From a virus: a stretch of DNA of 64,000 nt. Positions 19,696-30,083 of this stretch are shown in pieces. The DNA lies in IMG/VR virus record IMGVR_UViG_3300034417_000033, positions 42,908 to 106,907 of that record; one strand, 5' to 3'. A program made the position numbers and the translations under genes. Each line of letters begins with the position of its first letter. The stretch's first letter is position 1. The notes under the pieces are model-generated. The model was not told the DNA's origin and did not search any database. It was given only the letters and a program-made list of their open reading frames with translations.

Positions 19696-21149
19696 CGATC
19701 TAGTTTTACCACTTTAAATGGGTACTGCTCTTGTTTATAATATTTCTTACGTTCGGTTAGATGGCGTTTAGAATATTTAGAAGAGGAACACAAATCGTAT
19801 ACGTTTGCAAAGTCTTTATCTTCTGCTTTCCGTATGCTTCTGCCGATTGATTGAATAACTCGAATAAAGCTCTTGCCTGGTTCTAACATGAACAGATTAA
19901 AAATTCTTGGAACGTCAATGCCCACGGCCGCGACACCATAAGTAGCAATGATTGTGTTATTGTCTGAAGTTTGGATCTTTTTATATTCTTCTTTTCTTTC
20001 GTCACTGTCAACTGTCCCGTTAATAAAAACTGAGCCTGGAATAAGCTCTTGTAATATTTTACCTGTCTCAATTCTATCAATTAAGATAAGTGCGTTGCCA
20101 CCGTCTGCATGTGTAGTAATGTAGTTTGCAAGAAACTTTAGTCGATCCTTGTCTGTTACTAGATATTTTAGCTCAGTTGCATAGCTTGCAAACTTATAAT
20201 CATAATCTTGTATCTGTGCGACAGTAATGTGCAAGTTACTTAATATGCCTTTGTCTTGCAATTCTTTTGCAGTAACAGAATTAATAAGAGGGCCAATTGA
20301 ACAAAGCAATGACATCTTGTCATAATCTTCTAAAGGAATAGTGCCAGTCATCCCCCAACGTATTGGCACATTTGCAAAAGTAGATGTCAGATGTTTTCGA
20401 AGTACCTTTGCATCTGCTCCGTGACATTCGTCCACAATAACAGTTGCAATGCCTTCGACAAAATCATCAAGATCCAATTCCAGATCGTATTTTTTGCTTT
20501 TCTTATCTAGAGCTTCAATACTTTGCCATGTACAAATAATATGTTGGTGCCCAGGCTCTTTTCTATCACCAAAGTAAACACCCACATCAAGACCAAGTAA
20601 TTTGAAATCTCGTTCTGTCTGTGTTACCAGATCCTTACTTGGAACGATAGTTATTGTTCTTCCATACTTTTCTGTCTTGTGTGCAAGTATGGCCGTGATT
20701 AAAGTTTTTCCTGCTCCAGTTGATACTTTTTGTATAGACTGAGTATTTGCAAGATATTCGTTAACTACTTCAACTTGGTGCTCTCGAACCATAATTGATT
20801 CGCCTGCTTTTACGTGGCCTTCTGGCCAAACAATATGGGCATACGAATCTTCACTAACTGCATCAAATTCAAAAGTGTTATGTACGCGGGCATCATCAAT
20901 CGAAATTAAATATCCTGCCTCTTGTACAATTGGCAACAGCCTATCTAACAAATTAATATTTGTTCTGCCGCCCACATCACAAAACGCTTCTTTTCCATTC
21001 CAACGGCCTAACTTAAAGGCAGGTGAGAACTTAGCCCAAGGCATGAAGAATTCTGTTGCTTGAACTAATTTTCGTCTTGTGCCGGCATCGAGCCCTTTCA
21101 GTTGACAGTTAACTTCGTCCTGAATATAGATTATACAATCCTGCGACAT
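19692..21149 (-). CDS. uvsW: SF2 DNA helicase (UvsW-like)
   Basis: STGAGKT, DECH, GMTGT, QSIGRSIR. Confidence 0.9.
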   Translation of the reverse strand: MSQDCIIYIQDEVNCQLKGLDAGTRRKLVQATEFFMPWAKFSPAFKLGRWNGKEAFCDVGGRTNINLLDRLLPIVQEAGYLISIDDARVHNTFEFDAVSEDSYAHIVWPEGHVKAGESIMVREHQVEVVNEYLANTQSIQKVSTGAGKTLITAILAHKTEKYGRTITIVPSKDLVTQTERDFKLLGLDVGVYFGDRKEPGHQHIICTWQSIEALDKKSKKYDLELDLDDFVEGIATVIVDECHGADAKVLRKHLTSTFANVPIRWGMTGTIPLEDYDKMSLLCSIGPLINSVTAKELQDKGILSNLHITVAQIQDYDYKFASYATELKYLVTDKDRLKFLANYITTHADGGNALILIDRIETGKILQELIPGSVFINGTVDSDERKEEYKKIQTSDNNTIIATYGVAAVGIDVPRIFNLFMLEPGKSFIRVIQSIGRSIRKAEDKDFANVYDLCSSSKYSKRHLTERKKYYKQEQYPFKVVKLDR

Positions 21150-21182
21150 GGTTCCTCAATTTTTATTATTATTTTTAATATT

Positions 21183-21386
21183 TTATTTTGAAAACTTTAA
21201 TTTTGCAATTAATAAATCTTCTGTGTGCTTGTATTTTACTTCATATCTTGCTGCTGGATAAATGGAAATTGTTCTTACCATCACAGCATCTTTAAATATT
21301 GCGTGTTGTATTGAAGCATCGAGATATGCTAACTCGATGCTTCCTGCACCTGCATTCCACTGCTCTGTTGTGTAATCGTTCCACAT
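21183..21386 (-). CDS. small hypothetical protein (FxxxxDxLxxKLK family)
   Basis: VKYKHTEDLLIAKLKF. Confidence 0.55.
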   Translation of the reverse strand: MWNDYTTEQWNAGAGSIELAYLDASIQHAIFKDAVMVRTISIYPAARYEVKYKHTEDLLIAKLKFSK

Positions 21387-21387
21387 G

Positions 21388-21939
21388 TTACCAATTCAAT
21401 TTGTGTGTAAACTGAATCCCTTGGTTTAATACAAGCAAACTATTACAAGGAATAATATTTAACTGATATCGAATATCGGATCTCGGAGTAATATTATAAC
21501 CCAATGATACTGTTTGAACAAGTGCAGGAACTAGTGTTGCCACTGTTGTTGCATCTGTGCCAGTATACCCTGTTGCTGCGCCGAGGTAAGTATCATAACC
21601 CACAAAGAATCGTTTTCCCAAAGATAGTTTGCCGTCGTACAGTCGATATGCAAACACAAACGACCTCTTACTGTATGAGTTATCGTATGTGCCTACTAGC
21701 CAATCATTGTATCCTGCTAGTACAACCTCGTTGTCTTCATTATATTTGCCAGAGTGCTTGGTGTGGTGTGTCTTAAAACCAGCGTAAAGGTGTACTTCAT
21801 CTGGGGCAATATATGGTTTCGGAACTTCCTGTTTAGTCTTCTCCACGTTTGCTGAATCTAAGCTATCGTGTGGGATAGCAAAAGACATTGTTGACATGCA
21901 CATTACAACAAAAAATAGAACTTTCTTCATTTCATTCAT
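21388..21939 (-). CDS. exported PagP-like outer-membrane beta-barrel protein
   Basis: Signal peptide; THH...YNEDN...GTYDNSY.KRS...LG..TGY; amphipathic strands; C-terminal aromatic W. Confidence 0.55.
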   Translation of the reverse strand: MNEMKKVLFFVVMCMSTMSFAIPHDSLDSANVEKTKQEVPKPYIAPDEVHLYAGFKTHHTKHSGKYNEDNEVVLAGYNDWLVGTYDNSYSKRSFVFAYRLYDGKLSLGKRFFVGYDTYLGAATGYTGTDATTVATLVPALVQTVSLGYNITPRSDIRYQLNIIPCNSLLVLNQGIQFTHKLNW

Positions 21940-22273
21940 CTCCCTGTAATTTATCTTGCAACCGTTGCATCTTTTCCGACTTAGTTATGAAAAGTTCATA
22001 AGATGTAAAATCCAACCATCTTGCCGCATTAGCTGTTGCCAAAAGAAACACTGCAAACATTTGATACATCAACGGCCAAAATGCTTTCATGTGCAAATCA
22101 AAAGAACACACATAATTCACTAGCATTGGAATAAGGAAATTACAAAACAACATGCGTTTTCCAGAATTAACGTACTTTGTTATGTACAGCCTCTTCGGAG
22201 GCTTCGACAGCATCAAATCTGCCATCATAGCTGCGTGTTTTTTATAACTTCGCTCTGCAAAGTATTTAAACAC
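21932..22273 (-). CDS. membrane protein
   Basis: Two hydrophobic segments. Confidence 0.55.
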   Translation of the reverse strand: MFKYFAERSYKKHAAMMADLMLSKPPKRLYITKYVNSGKRMLFCNFLIPMLVNYVCSFDLHMKAFWPLMYQMFAVFLLATANAARWLDFTSYELFITKSEKMQRLQDKLQGDE

Positions 22274-22664
22274 TATCGCCCCTCAAACTAGCAAGCGTTT
22301 TTTCCATACCTGTAAGGTACTGCACTTGGTTTAGCAAGTCCATCATTTTGTTCAGTTCAGTAGATGTGTCCAAAAAAGACTGTATTTCTTTATCTTCACA
22401 AAATATGGAAAACGACTTGTTTTGCTTGTAGTCAATTTCGTTAAAAGCAAGGTTGCATTTTTCGTTAATGACAAACCGAAACAGAGATGTTAAATCTCTG
22501 GAGATATAAACGTGTACTTCCTTTTCCTGATCCCAAGTAATTTTAATGGGCTCGTAGTGCTTTGCGCTTAATAGCAGCACCATCCGTTTCAGGAAACGAG
22601 TTTTTAAAGACAAGTACTGGTGGTACAAATCCTCTTTTGTTTTTGTCTTTCTGGAATAACCCAT
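22266..22664 (-). CDS. hypothetical protein
   Basis: Start moved to MGYSRK (GGAG RBS); promoter TTGACA-17-TAACAT at 22691-22719. Confidence 0.6.
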   Translation of the reverse strand: MGYSRKTKTKEDLYHQYLSLKTRFLKRMVLLLSAKHYEPIKITWDQEKEVHVYISRDLTSLFRFVINEKCNLAFNEIDYKQNKSFSIFCEDKEIQSFLDTSTELNKMMDLLNQVQYLTGMEKTLASLRGDSV

Positions 22665-22721
22665 CTGTAACTCCATTGCTAAGAGTACACATGTTAGCAT
22701 ACCCAAGCAATGTTGTCAACC

Positions 22722-23186
22722 TTAGTCTATAGTGGAGTCTTCTAACCCTGAACATCTCAGCTTTGTAATATGGCCGATCATCCAGTTTTTGGTATCTAAC
22801 CCTTTGTGCAATGCAAGGTACTTATTTCTCAGTAATGCAAATTCATTAACTAGAATGGTGAGGTCAATCACTGGCTGGTCACCATCCACATACTTTTCTG
22901 CATCTCTGGATGTGAGTGCCCGATTATAATTTTCTAAGAACTTCTTAAACGAAGCTGAACGTGCTTTCTTTAGTTCAATGTTTAGGTGCTCAAGGATTGC
23001 CTCAATTTCTTGAAGCTGACCGAAACGCTGCTCAACAATGCCTGGCAACTCAGAAGCATGCCTTTCTAATGACTTGCCCTTCAATGTAAGAGTGAGCCGG
23101 CCATCGTCAAGTTCAGTTTCAAAATGAGTGATACATGGCGATAGCTGAGACATATCCCTAACAATCTTATTATACCAAAGACTCAT
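22722..23186 (-). CDS. uvsY: recombination mediator (UvsY-like)
   Basis: Helical ~150 aa, AEKYVDGD...KGLDTKNWMI; next to UvsX. Confidence 0.7.
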   Translation of the reverse strand: MSLWYNKIVRDMSQLSPCITHFETELDDGRLTLTLKGKSLERHASELPGIVEQRFGQLQEIEAILEHLNIELKKARSASFKKFLENYNRALTSRDAEKYVDGDQPVIDLTILVNEFALLRNKYLALHKGLDTKNWMIGHITKLRCSGLEDSTID

Positions 23187-23470
23187 TTTAAGTAATTAAC
23201 TCCATTGAGCATTGCTTGTGTAAACATAAGAGCTCTACGTCTTCTGTTTATGATTGCTTTTCCATTTACTCGCAGTAATCTCGGATTTACACCTAACGAT
23301 TCAATTAGCTTAGTATGCAAGGATGTGATTGCTGCAGGTGTAGTTATTTCCATTGCTAAACTTTCATCTGTCACTAACTGTTCGAGAATAGCAGAGAGAG
23401 TGCTTTTAACACTCTCCCTATCTCCCGAAAGTATGTGAGTTTCTAATATCTCAATACTCGTCGTCATCAT
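23183..23470 (-). CDS. hypothetical protein
   Basis: Coupled ORF. Confidence 0.55.
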   Translation of the reverse strand: MMTTSIEILETHILSGDRESVKSTLSAILEQLVTDESLAMEITTPAAITSLHTKLIESLGVNPRLLRVNGKAIINRRRRALMFTQAMLNGVNYLK

Positions 23471-23672
23471 CTTCCTCTTCTAGGTCGTAATAAGAAGCAA
23501 TTGCAGTAGCAATGTCCTTATCAAAACCAATATCGTTATCGTGCCCATCAGCTACGCCATATTCGTCAAATAATTCTACAACAGAATCGGCAATATCTAA
23601 TCTCTCCTTTGGATTTATGTGCGGTTTAATAATTAACCACAAGTCATTCAAAAAAGCACTGTCTCTTGTCAT
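23451..23672 (-). CDS. hypothetical acidic protein
   Basis: Coupled ORF with RBS. Confidence 0.6.
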   Translation of the reverse strand: MTRDSAFLNDLWLIIKPHINPKERLDIADSVVELFDEYGVADGHDNDIGFDKDIATAIASYYDLEEEDDDDEY

Positions 23673-23683
23673 GTTTTCCCCGT

Positions 23684-24775
23684 TTACTCGTTTGTGTCTG
23701 TAGTGAAGTCTTCTAATTCTGTAGATTCTACAGGAACAATTGTTCCTAAATCATCTTGCGAGAACTCGTCCATTACAATCTTCATTTTCTCAAGATCGTT
23801 CCATTCCTTTCTGAAGTACAACATTTCTACGCCAGCTTTTGTGACATAACGATATCTGTTGCCTTGCTTAACTAACTTTCCTGTCTTTTCAAACAAATCA
23901 AACAAACCAGAAATTGGATTCATACCAGCATCATAAGGAATGTTAATTTTAACTGTTTCAAAAGGCTTTGCGTATCTAGACTTAACAACTTTACACACAG
24001 CACGAATACCTGCCACTTCTGTAATTTTGTTGCCAAGCTCATCTTCTTTAAGTTTCAATTTTTGCATTGCAACTACAATGGATGCAGCAAAGATAGGACC
24101 AGATCCACCACTAATAACAGCATCTGGATTAAACATATCTTGTGAAGCGTATGTGTGGTTAGTACATACTAAACCAATGTCTAAGTTACCAAACATGTTT
24201 GTGCAGTTTGTGACCAAAGCCTTCAGCTGTTTTGCTTTACGACCCATATCGCCTTTCATATCACCTGCCTGGAACTGGTTAGTTTCAGTTGGTGTTAAAA
24301 GCATACCCAACGAGTCAATCACGAATAAAATCTTCGGACGTTCTGCTGAAGGGACATTTTCATATTCTGCTTTATAGTCTTTAACAAAGTCAGAAATAAT
24401 TTTTGCTACGTTATCTACCATAGAGGCAGATATTTTTAACATTTTTTCTGCAGATGTATCAACACCTAATGCTTGCAACCAACTTTCGTCAAGTGCGTTT
24501 TCAGTATCAATTAATACAACAAAAATGCCTTTTGCTTGCGCATCCTTAACTACGTTTCCAGACACAATGTAGCTTTTGCCACTGCCGGATTCGCCTGCTA
24601 GGATTGTAACTTTGCCCATTGGGATGCCTTTGTAGAAATCACTACTAACTAAATAGTTAAGTGCGTAATTTCCTGTAGAAACCCAAACTGTAGGATCGTT
24701 AAATCCAGTTGAGATTCCAGCAATACTTTTTGTAATATCTTTACGGAATTTAGAGACGTCGAATGGTCTTGTCAT
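23684..24775 (-). CDS. uvsX: RecA-like recombinase (UvsX)
   Basis: GESGSGKS, IDTENA, VIDSLG, TNHTY, SGGSG, KSRY. Confidence 0.93.
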   Translation of the reverse strand: MTRPFDVSKFRKDITKSIAGISTGFNDPTVWVSTGNYALNYLVSSDFYKGIPMGKVTILAGESGSGKSYIVSGNVVKDAQAKGIFVVLIDTENALDESWLQALGVDTSAEKMLKISASMVDNVAKIISDFVKDYKAEYENVPSAERPKILFVIDSLGMLLTPTETNQFQAGDMKGDMGRKAKQLKALVTNCTNMFGNLDIGLVCTNHTYASQDMFNPDAVISGGSGPIFAASIVVAMQKLKLKEDELGNKITEVAGIRAVCKVVKSRYAKPFETVKINIPYDAGMNPISGLFDLFEKTGKLVKQGNRYRYVTKAGVEMLYFRKEWNDLEKMKIVMDEFSQDDLGTIVPVESTELEDFTTDTNE

Positions 24776-24828
24776 TTTTCTCCTTGTTATGCCATGCTTC
24801 GGATATTGTATCCTACTGTCGGCAAAAG

Positions 24829-24854
24829 ATGGGGAGGATTTACTCCTCCCCCAT
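24829..24854 (-). terminator. intrinsic terminator-like hairpin after SSB gene
   Basis: GGGGAGGA/TCCTCCCC inverted repeat followed by T-rich tract on the minus strand. Confidence 0.65.
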
Positions 24855-24884
24855 TTGATTGGGCGTTAACCCTTATAGTTCTTA

Positions 24885-25886
24885 TTATTTACGGTTGCGG
24901 ATCATATCCAGGATATCTTGCGCAGATTTACCAGTTGTGCTTGCGTTAGCAGGTGGGGTCACAACAATAGCGTCATCGCTATCGGAATCTGTGCTATCCA
25001 TATCAAACGGAATGCTGTCGTCTGTAGGAGTAGATACTTTTGGAGTAGAGTACGTTGTACCTTTGTCGGTTCCGGCGTTCGTCGCAGGTGCTTTGTAATC
25101 TAGACCGTAAGGCTTGTAAAACTTCGCCCAACGTTCTGGATCATAAAGATCACCCTCAACAGAAGCTTCAAACATTTCGAATTGTGCGTTGAGTTCTTCT
25201 GAAGTAGGTTTCTTCGGAAGGAATTCACTCAAGTCGTACAAGCCGTATTTGTTGATTGCTTCAAGTTGTTCTTCTGTTAAAGCTGTTTCTCTTTTTGCCC
25301 ATTTAGAAGTGCTGTAATCTGCATAACCACCTTTAGATGATTTAGCAATACGGAAGTTTGTTCCGTTCAGCAAGTCAGTTGGGTTGCCTTCCATTTCTGG
25401 ATCGACAAGAGCTGCTTTAATGATGTTAAATACTTGCGGGGAGATAATGAATTTGCGGATTGGATTTTCCGGCAAATCTTTCTCGTGCATTGGATCTTCT
25501 TCAACAAAACCTTGGAAAATGTAAGAACGTTTTTTCCAATAAGTTCTTGCAGTTGCATCAAGATCAGTACTGAACCAAGGACGAATCTCTTGGTGAATTG
25601 GGCAAGTCTCGCCCCACATTTCAATACATGGTACTTGGATTACAATTTTCTTGTTTTCGTCGCCGCCTTTAATTCCACGGAATGGAATTTTAATAAGCTG
25701 ACGCTCAGTCCAGAAAAAGGTGTTGTCTTCGTTCTTATCAGGGAGGAATCTAACTACTGCTGTTTCACCTTCTGGGATATTCCAGAACGGATAACTTGTG
25801 TTGTCTTTGTTGGTGTTATTTGATTTGCCAGCACGTTTGTTGTCAAGTGCTTTTAATTTTTCGCGGATTTCTGCTAAAGATGCCAT
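24885..25886 (-). CDS. single-stranded DNA-binding protein (gp32-like)
   Basis: VRFLPD, C.EMWGETCPI, YWKKRSY, GYADYSTSKW, acidic tail. Confidence 0.88.
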   Translation of the reverse strand: MASLAEIREKLKALDNKRAGKSNNTNKDNTSYPFWNIPEGETAVVRFLPDKNEDNTFFWTERQLIKIPFRGIKGGDENKKIVIQVPCIEMWGETCPIHQEIRPWFSTDLDATARTYWKKRSYIFQGFVEEDPMHEKDLPENPIRKFIISPQVFNIIKAALVDPEMEGNPTDLLNGTNFRIAKSSKGGYADYSTSKWAKRETALTEEQLEAINKYGLYDLSEFLPKKPTSEELNAQFEMFEASVEGDLYDPERWAKFYKPYGLDYKAPATNAGTDKGTTYSTPKVSTPTDDSIPFDMDSTDSDSDDAIVVTPPANASTTGKSAQDILDMIRNRK

Positions 25887-26008
25887 TTATGAATTTTCCT
25901 TTTATGATTATTATAGTTTAACGCTTTCCTTTTTTGATTGTTTAAGAGTGCGTTACGTCTCTCAACAACTCGCCCCCTAAAGGACTTGATAGCGTGTAAT
26001 ATTTGTAT

Positions 26009-26037
26009 ATTATACGCTATCCTTATTACAATGTCAA
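26009..26037 (-). promoter_or_regulatory. sigma70-type promoter
   Basis: TTGACA-17-TATAAT upstream of SSB. Confidence 0.8.
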
Positions 26038-26053
26038 CTATTTATCTAAATAT

Positions 26054-27694
26054 TTATCTAACTATTTTAATTACAGAGCTAATATTAGCAACATACTCGT
26101 CGCCATCTATCGGACTGTAATAATGTATTGCTCCACGACTGCCGTCATCGTTCACTTCGTCTGGATTAAAATCTGAAACAGTTCGTTTAATTGTTTTGCC
26201 GTCGGCGCCACGAATAAGAACTACGCTGCCAACTTCTATATCGGAAAGAACATCACTCTCGAAAATATTTTCAAATTTTATTATTTTACTTTCAAAAGAT
26301 TTAAAACTCTCTGTAAGTGCATCCGCTGTTTCTTCTTGTAATGCAACAGTGCAATTTTCTAACACTTTAGATAAAACGCTTTTTTCAAATTCGGTTAGGG
26401 CTTGTTCGGAAACAATTTTATTTCCCAATTTCACAACATACGAAGAAAGCTCGGAGTTTTCTTTAATTGTTCTACCTAAAGAAGCAATTTGGTTTCCAAG
26501 TCTAGCAGTTTCTTTTTCAAATATAATGCCGGCCATATCAGAAAACATTTCAGATATTGCAATTTGTGTTCCTGCTGCTTCTTCAATTCTTTCTAAAAAC
26601 TTAGTGTTCTCAGTTACCATTGAACTTACAAGTGGGAGAATATCCATAAACTTCTCATCAAATCGTTTAACTGTAAACATGTCACGATATTTGTCAGTGT
26701 CTTCACACTCGCCTTCTAAAATTTGAACTTGTGTTTCTTCCATACGCAACTTAGCAGATTCGTATGTTTTAATTCCGGATAATTTTTTGAGGGTTTCTTG
26801 AATAGAGTTAACGTTCTCTCTTACTAATTCAACAGCATCGTTACTGCCTTCATTAATAAGGTTATTTGATCTAGCATAACGAAGGAACTCTTTTAACTTC
26901 ATCATTGTTCCAGTATTGGAAACAATCTGTTCACCAATTTGGTCAGCAACTGAACCGCCCATTGTTAAATGGCGTGCCATTGCTCTTGCACCAGAAAGAC
27001 TGTTGTGAGGGAACCTAAAACGCTCGCCATTAGCTTCAAGGAAGATAGCTTGTATATTACGTGTTCTGGAACCACGAATTTCTTCTTGAACTGGCTTTCT
27101 GTGACGAACAAGTATTTGCACGTTCTCTAATGTTTGTCTGCTAGTTTTTGTAGAACCAAACATTTTAGAAAGGGATTCTGCAAGTGCAAACTTTGCTTGC
27201 TCGAAGGATTCTTTAGTTTTACTAGCCATAGCAGCTTTTGCTTTTCTAGCTTTATCAAAATCTTTATCTTGCTTCTTCATTTGCTTAGACCATGCCCCTT
27301 CTTTTTTCCATTCTTTTTCTGGATCTTTGGCTTCTTCAACGTTTTCCATTGTCGCTTCCTTATAATTTTTAGCTTGATATGAAAAGTCTTTTGGTTCTAC
27401 TTTTTTACCAAAATCTTTTAGTGTAAAGTTTAACATGTTTTGACTTGCTACTAATCTTAGTCTCTTCAAGACATCTTCATACACATCTAAAGGAACATCT
27501 GAATTTTTATTCAGAATAATTTCTTCGCTTGTGTCATCTAAAGTAAGCATCATGTTTGGTTCGTCAACGTAGAAACGTCTTGCTTCTTCCGGATCGATAA
27601 CTTCGGACCCATCTAATCCAAACATTTTTATCTGATACCCGTAGCCTTTTAGAATACTAAAAAGTTTCTTAGCTACTCTATCAAAATTTACCAT
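26054..27694 (-). CDS. conserved hypothetical (putative virion) protein
   Basis: GARAMARH motif; late promoter at 27723-27730. Confidence 0.6.
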   Translation of the reverse strand: MVNFDRVAKKLFSILKGYGYQIKMFGLDGSEVIDPEEARRFYVDEPNMMLTLDDTSEEIILNKNSDVPLDVYEDVLKRLRLVASQNMLNFTLKDFGKKVEPKDFSYQAKNYKEATMENVEEAKDPEKEWKKEGAWSKQMKKQDKDFDKARKAKAAMASKTKESFEQAKFALAESLSKMFGSTKTSRQTLENVQILVRHRKPVQEEIRGSRTRNIQAIFLEANGERFRFPHNSLSGARAMARHLTMGGSVADQIGEQIVSNTGTMMKLKEFLRYARSNNLINEGSNDAVELVRENVNSIQETLKKLSGIKTYESAKLRMEETQVQILEGECEDTDKYRDMFTVKRFDEKFMDILPLVSSMVTENTKFLERIEEAAGTQIAISEMFSDMAGIIFEKETARLGNQIASLGRTIKENSELSSYVVKLGNKIVSEQALTEFEKSVLSKVLENCTVALQEETADALTESFKSFESKIIKFENIFESDVLSDIEVGSVVLIRGADGKTIKRTVSDFNPDEVNDDGSRGAIHYYSPIDGDEYVANISSVIKIVR

Positions 27695-27752
27695 AAGTTC
27701 ACGCTCACATCATTTAATGTAGTATTTATCTTTTTCACACAAGAATATTTTA

Positions 27753-29309
27753 TTAACAGAAAACCAATGGCATCGGTGCATCGTAGTCATCAAAGTCGTC
27801 ACCAATGTTACTGTTTATCTGACTTAACGTCTTATCATCCCACATGCTTATATACTGTGCCATTCTAATAAACAAGATTGTTGACATTACTAAGTCATCT
27901 GTACATCCGCCTTTAGCTTGGAATGTATTCCCGACGCCAATGAATGTTTTTAGTTCGCTAAGCAAATTACCAGAATTGATTTTTAACTTACCTGTCTCGA
28001 CCAACGATTTCATTTTAGAACATGCTTCTAATTTACTTTTGTTTGTAGTAATAAAGCCCATACGTTTTCTGCCAGAAGCATTTGTGTTTCTTACAGGATC
28101 GTGCAACATTGTTCCTGGGAAGTTTTCTTCACCTGTATCTCTCACAACAACAAGTGCAGCTTCGCCCAATGTGTTAGCTTCAATTGACCAATACAACTCT
28201 GGCTTTCCTTTGCTCTCGATATCCTTTAATAGACTCATAAGTATTTTCATCTGCCCTTCAATTGCAGTCTTATTGTGTTGCCACTCTGCAACTTGAATCA
28301 TTGAAGGTAGTTCCCATACTTGTATTGCAGCATTGTCCCCGCCGGTTCCCATACTCGGATCTAAGGCAACAACATATGTCTTAGTAGAGTCAATGTCTTT
28401 ATACCATCGTATTTGAGATTCTTTTCTAATAGGCTGAGACCCTCTCATGCCAGCGAGGATGATTGAATCAATTAGTGTCTCTTCGAAGATAATGAACTTA
28501 CACTCATGTTCCCGCTGGAATCGTTCTTCTCCAATTTTACCACGTTCTTCACTTGCCCATTGTTCACCTCTATCTGGATGTCTTCTCCAGTCTGCGATGT
28601 ATGGCACAAATCCATTAATTCCTGCAGGAGTTTCATTACCATACTCATCAAGACGCATGTTAGCCTTGCGCCAAATATCAGCAAATGTATCTTCGTCAGA
28701 GTTGGGAGTGCTTGTAATAATAGCTTTACCACCAGTTGACAACGTAGGTGACAAAGATGTCCATAGTTCTTTAGCAACACGTTGTTCAACGAACGCAAAC
28801 TCATCCATGTAAACAAGTGTAATAGACATACCACGACCAGTATTTTCTGTAGTTGTTGCAGAAACAATACGTGAGCCGTTATCAAATATAATGGATTGCT
28901 TGTTGTACTCTGCTGCTCCAGCTCTAATATGATCCGGTAATTCCTCATACGCAAATCGTATACGAATCATAATTTCACGGGAGTCGCCACCGGACTTAGA
29001 AGCAACAAGGATAGTAGAATCTCGCACAAACATTGCATACCACAGTAAATATGCAGCAGCTACCGTTGTCTTACCTAACTGACGTCCAGTTAATGCAATT
29101 GCGTACCTGTTATTATGAAATACGTCAATCATCTCTTTTTGGTATTCATACGGCTCAAATTTCATTCGCCCCTTAACAGGATGCTGAACGTAAATAAAGT
29201 TTTCCATGAAGTACAACGGCGATTCCATGCACTTCTGTAGTTCTTCAGCTTTCTGCTTGGTATAATTTACCTTAGATCGTGCTTTTTTAATTAAATCTGT
29301 GTTGGCCAT
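27753..29309 (-). CDS. terL: terminase large subunit (gp17-like)
   Basis: YEYQ, GRQLGKTT, YMDEFAF, TSTPN, ALDPSMG, DDLVMS. Confidence 0.95.
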   Translation of the reverse strand: MANTDLIKKARSKVNYTKQKAEELQKCMESPLYFMENFIYVQHPVKGRMKFEPYEYQKEMIDVFHNNRYAIALTGRQLGKTTVAAAYLLWYAMFVRDSTILVASKSGGDSREIMIRIRFAYEELPDHIRAGAAEYNKQSIIFDNGSRIVSATTTENTGRGMSITLVYMDEFAFVEQRVAKELWTSLSPTLSTGGKAIITSTPNSDEDTFADIWRKANMRLDEYGNETPAGINGFVPYIADWRRHPDRGEQWASEERGKIGEERFQREHECKFIIFEETLIDSIILAGMRGSQPIRKESQIRWYKDIDSTKTYVVALDPSMGTGGDNAAIQVWELPSMIQVAEWQHNKTAIEGQMKILMSLLKDIESKGKPELYWSIEANTLGEAALVVVRDTGEENFPGTMLHDPVRNTNASGRKRMGFITTNKSKLEACSKMKSLVETGKLKINSGNLLSELKTFIGVGNTFQAKGGCTDDLVMSTILFIRMAQYISMWDDKTLSQINSNIGDDFDDYDAPMPLVFC

Positions 29310-30019
29310 GATAACATGTACTCCTGTTCAAAGTGTTCCTTCCCAATCACCTGCTTATTTTTTTCTATCCAGTTGACAGGCTGATTATATAAATCGGAAG
29401 TTTTTATTTCTACTAATTGAAAAGGAGTTTCACGACCTTTTAATTTTTCTATTAATGCTTCGTGTGGATCTTCAGAACGTCTAGACTGTTCTACCTTTTC
29501 GTGCAGCCAAGAATCCTCTGCTATGTCACCATTTGCAGTAATAACAATTTTGGCACCGCGCAATAAACATGGATATACAGATGCAATCATACGTTCTTGA
29601 GTAGGAGCAGAATAGTAATTAAAATTATCTAATAAAAGCGACCTAAGACTTATGCCACGCATTGCGTTTATTGAGTCAAAAGCAAATATGTGAGAACCGT
29701 TTGTAAAACTAATTTGGCTACCACTGTGATGCACTAGTTGGGAGGCTAAAGCAGAATCTCCACGAACTACATCTCGAATAGCATCTAACATGTGCCAGGG
29801 TTTCATAGACAGTACACCAATACACTGCCCTGGATTAAGAAGACTAGAAGCAATGGCGTTAAGAGTAAGACAAGTGGTTATGCCTGCGCGCCTAGTATGG
29901 TGCACAATTACTCTGTTGTGCGTATCAATCGCACTGAGGATTTTTTCTTGATTCGGAGTAGGCTGAAATTCGCCATGGCCGTTAATAGATAATCGTTTGA
30001 TTAAAGAGTTTGTATTCAT
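29291..30019 (-). CDS. terminase-ATPase-like paralog with degenerate Walker motifs
   Basis: PTPNQ, RRAGITT, FTNGSHI, RGISL..LLLDNFNY, FEQEY match the TerL N-domain layout. Confidence 0.7.
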   Translation of the reverse strand: MNTNSLIKRLSINGHGEFQPTPNQEKILSAIDTHNRVIVHHTRRAGITTCLTLNAIASSLLNPGQCIGVLSMKPWHMLDAIRDVVRGDSALASQLVHHSGSQISFTNGSHIFAFDSINAMRGISLRSLLLDNFNYYSAPTQERMIASVYPCLLRGAKIVITANGDIAEDSWLHEKVEQSRRSEDPHEALIEKLKGRETPFQLVEIKTSDLYNQPVNWIEKNKQVIGKEHFEQEYMLSWPTQI

Positions 30020-30033
30020 AACAAATATTTATC

Positions 30034-30067
30034 AAAAAAAATCCCACTAACTTACGGAAGTGGGATT
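30034..30067 (-). terminator. intrinsic terminator
   Basis: AATCCCACT/AGTGGGATT stem followed by T run on the minus strand. Confidence 0.7.
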
Positions 30068-30083
30068 ATTATGCTAATACATG

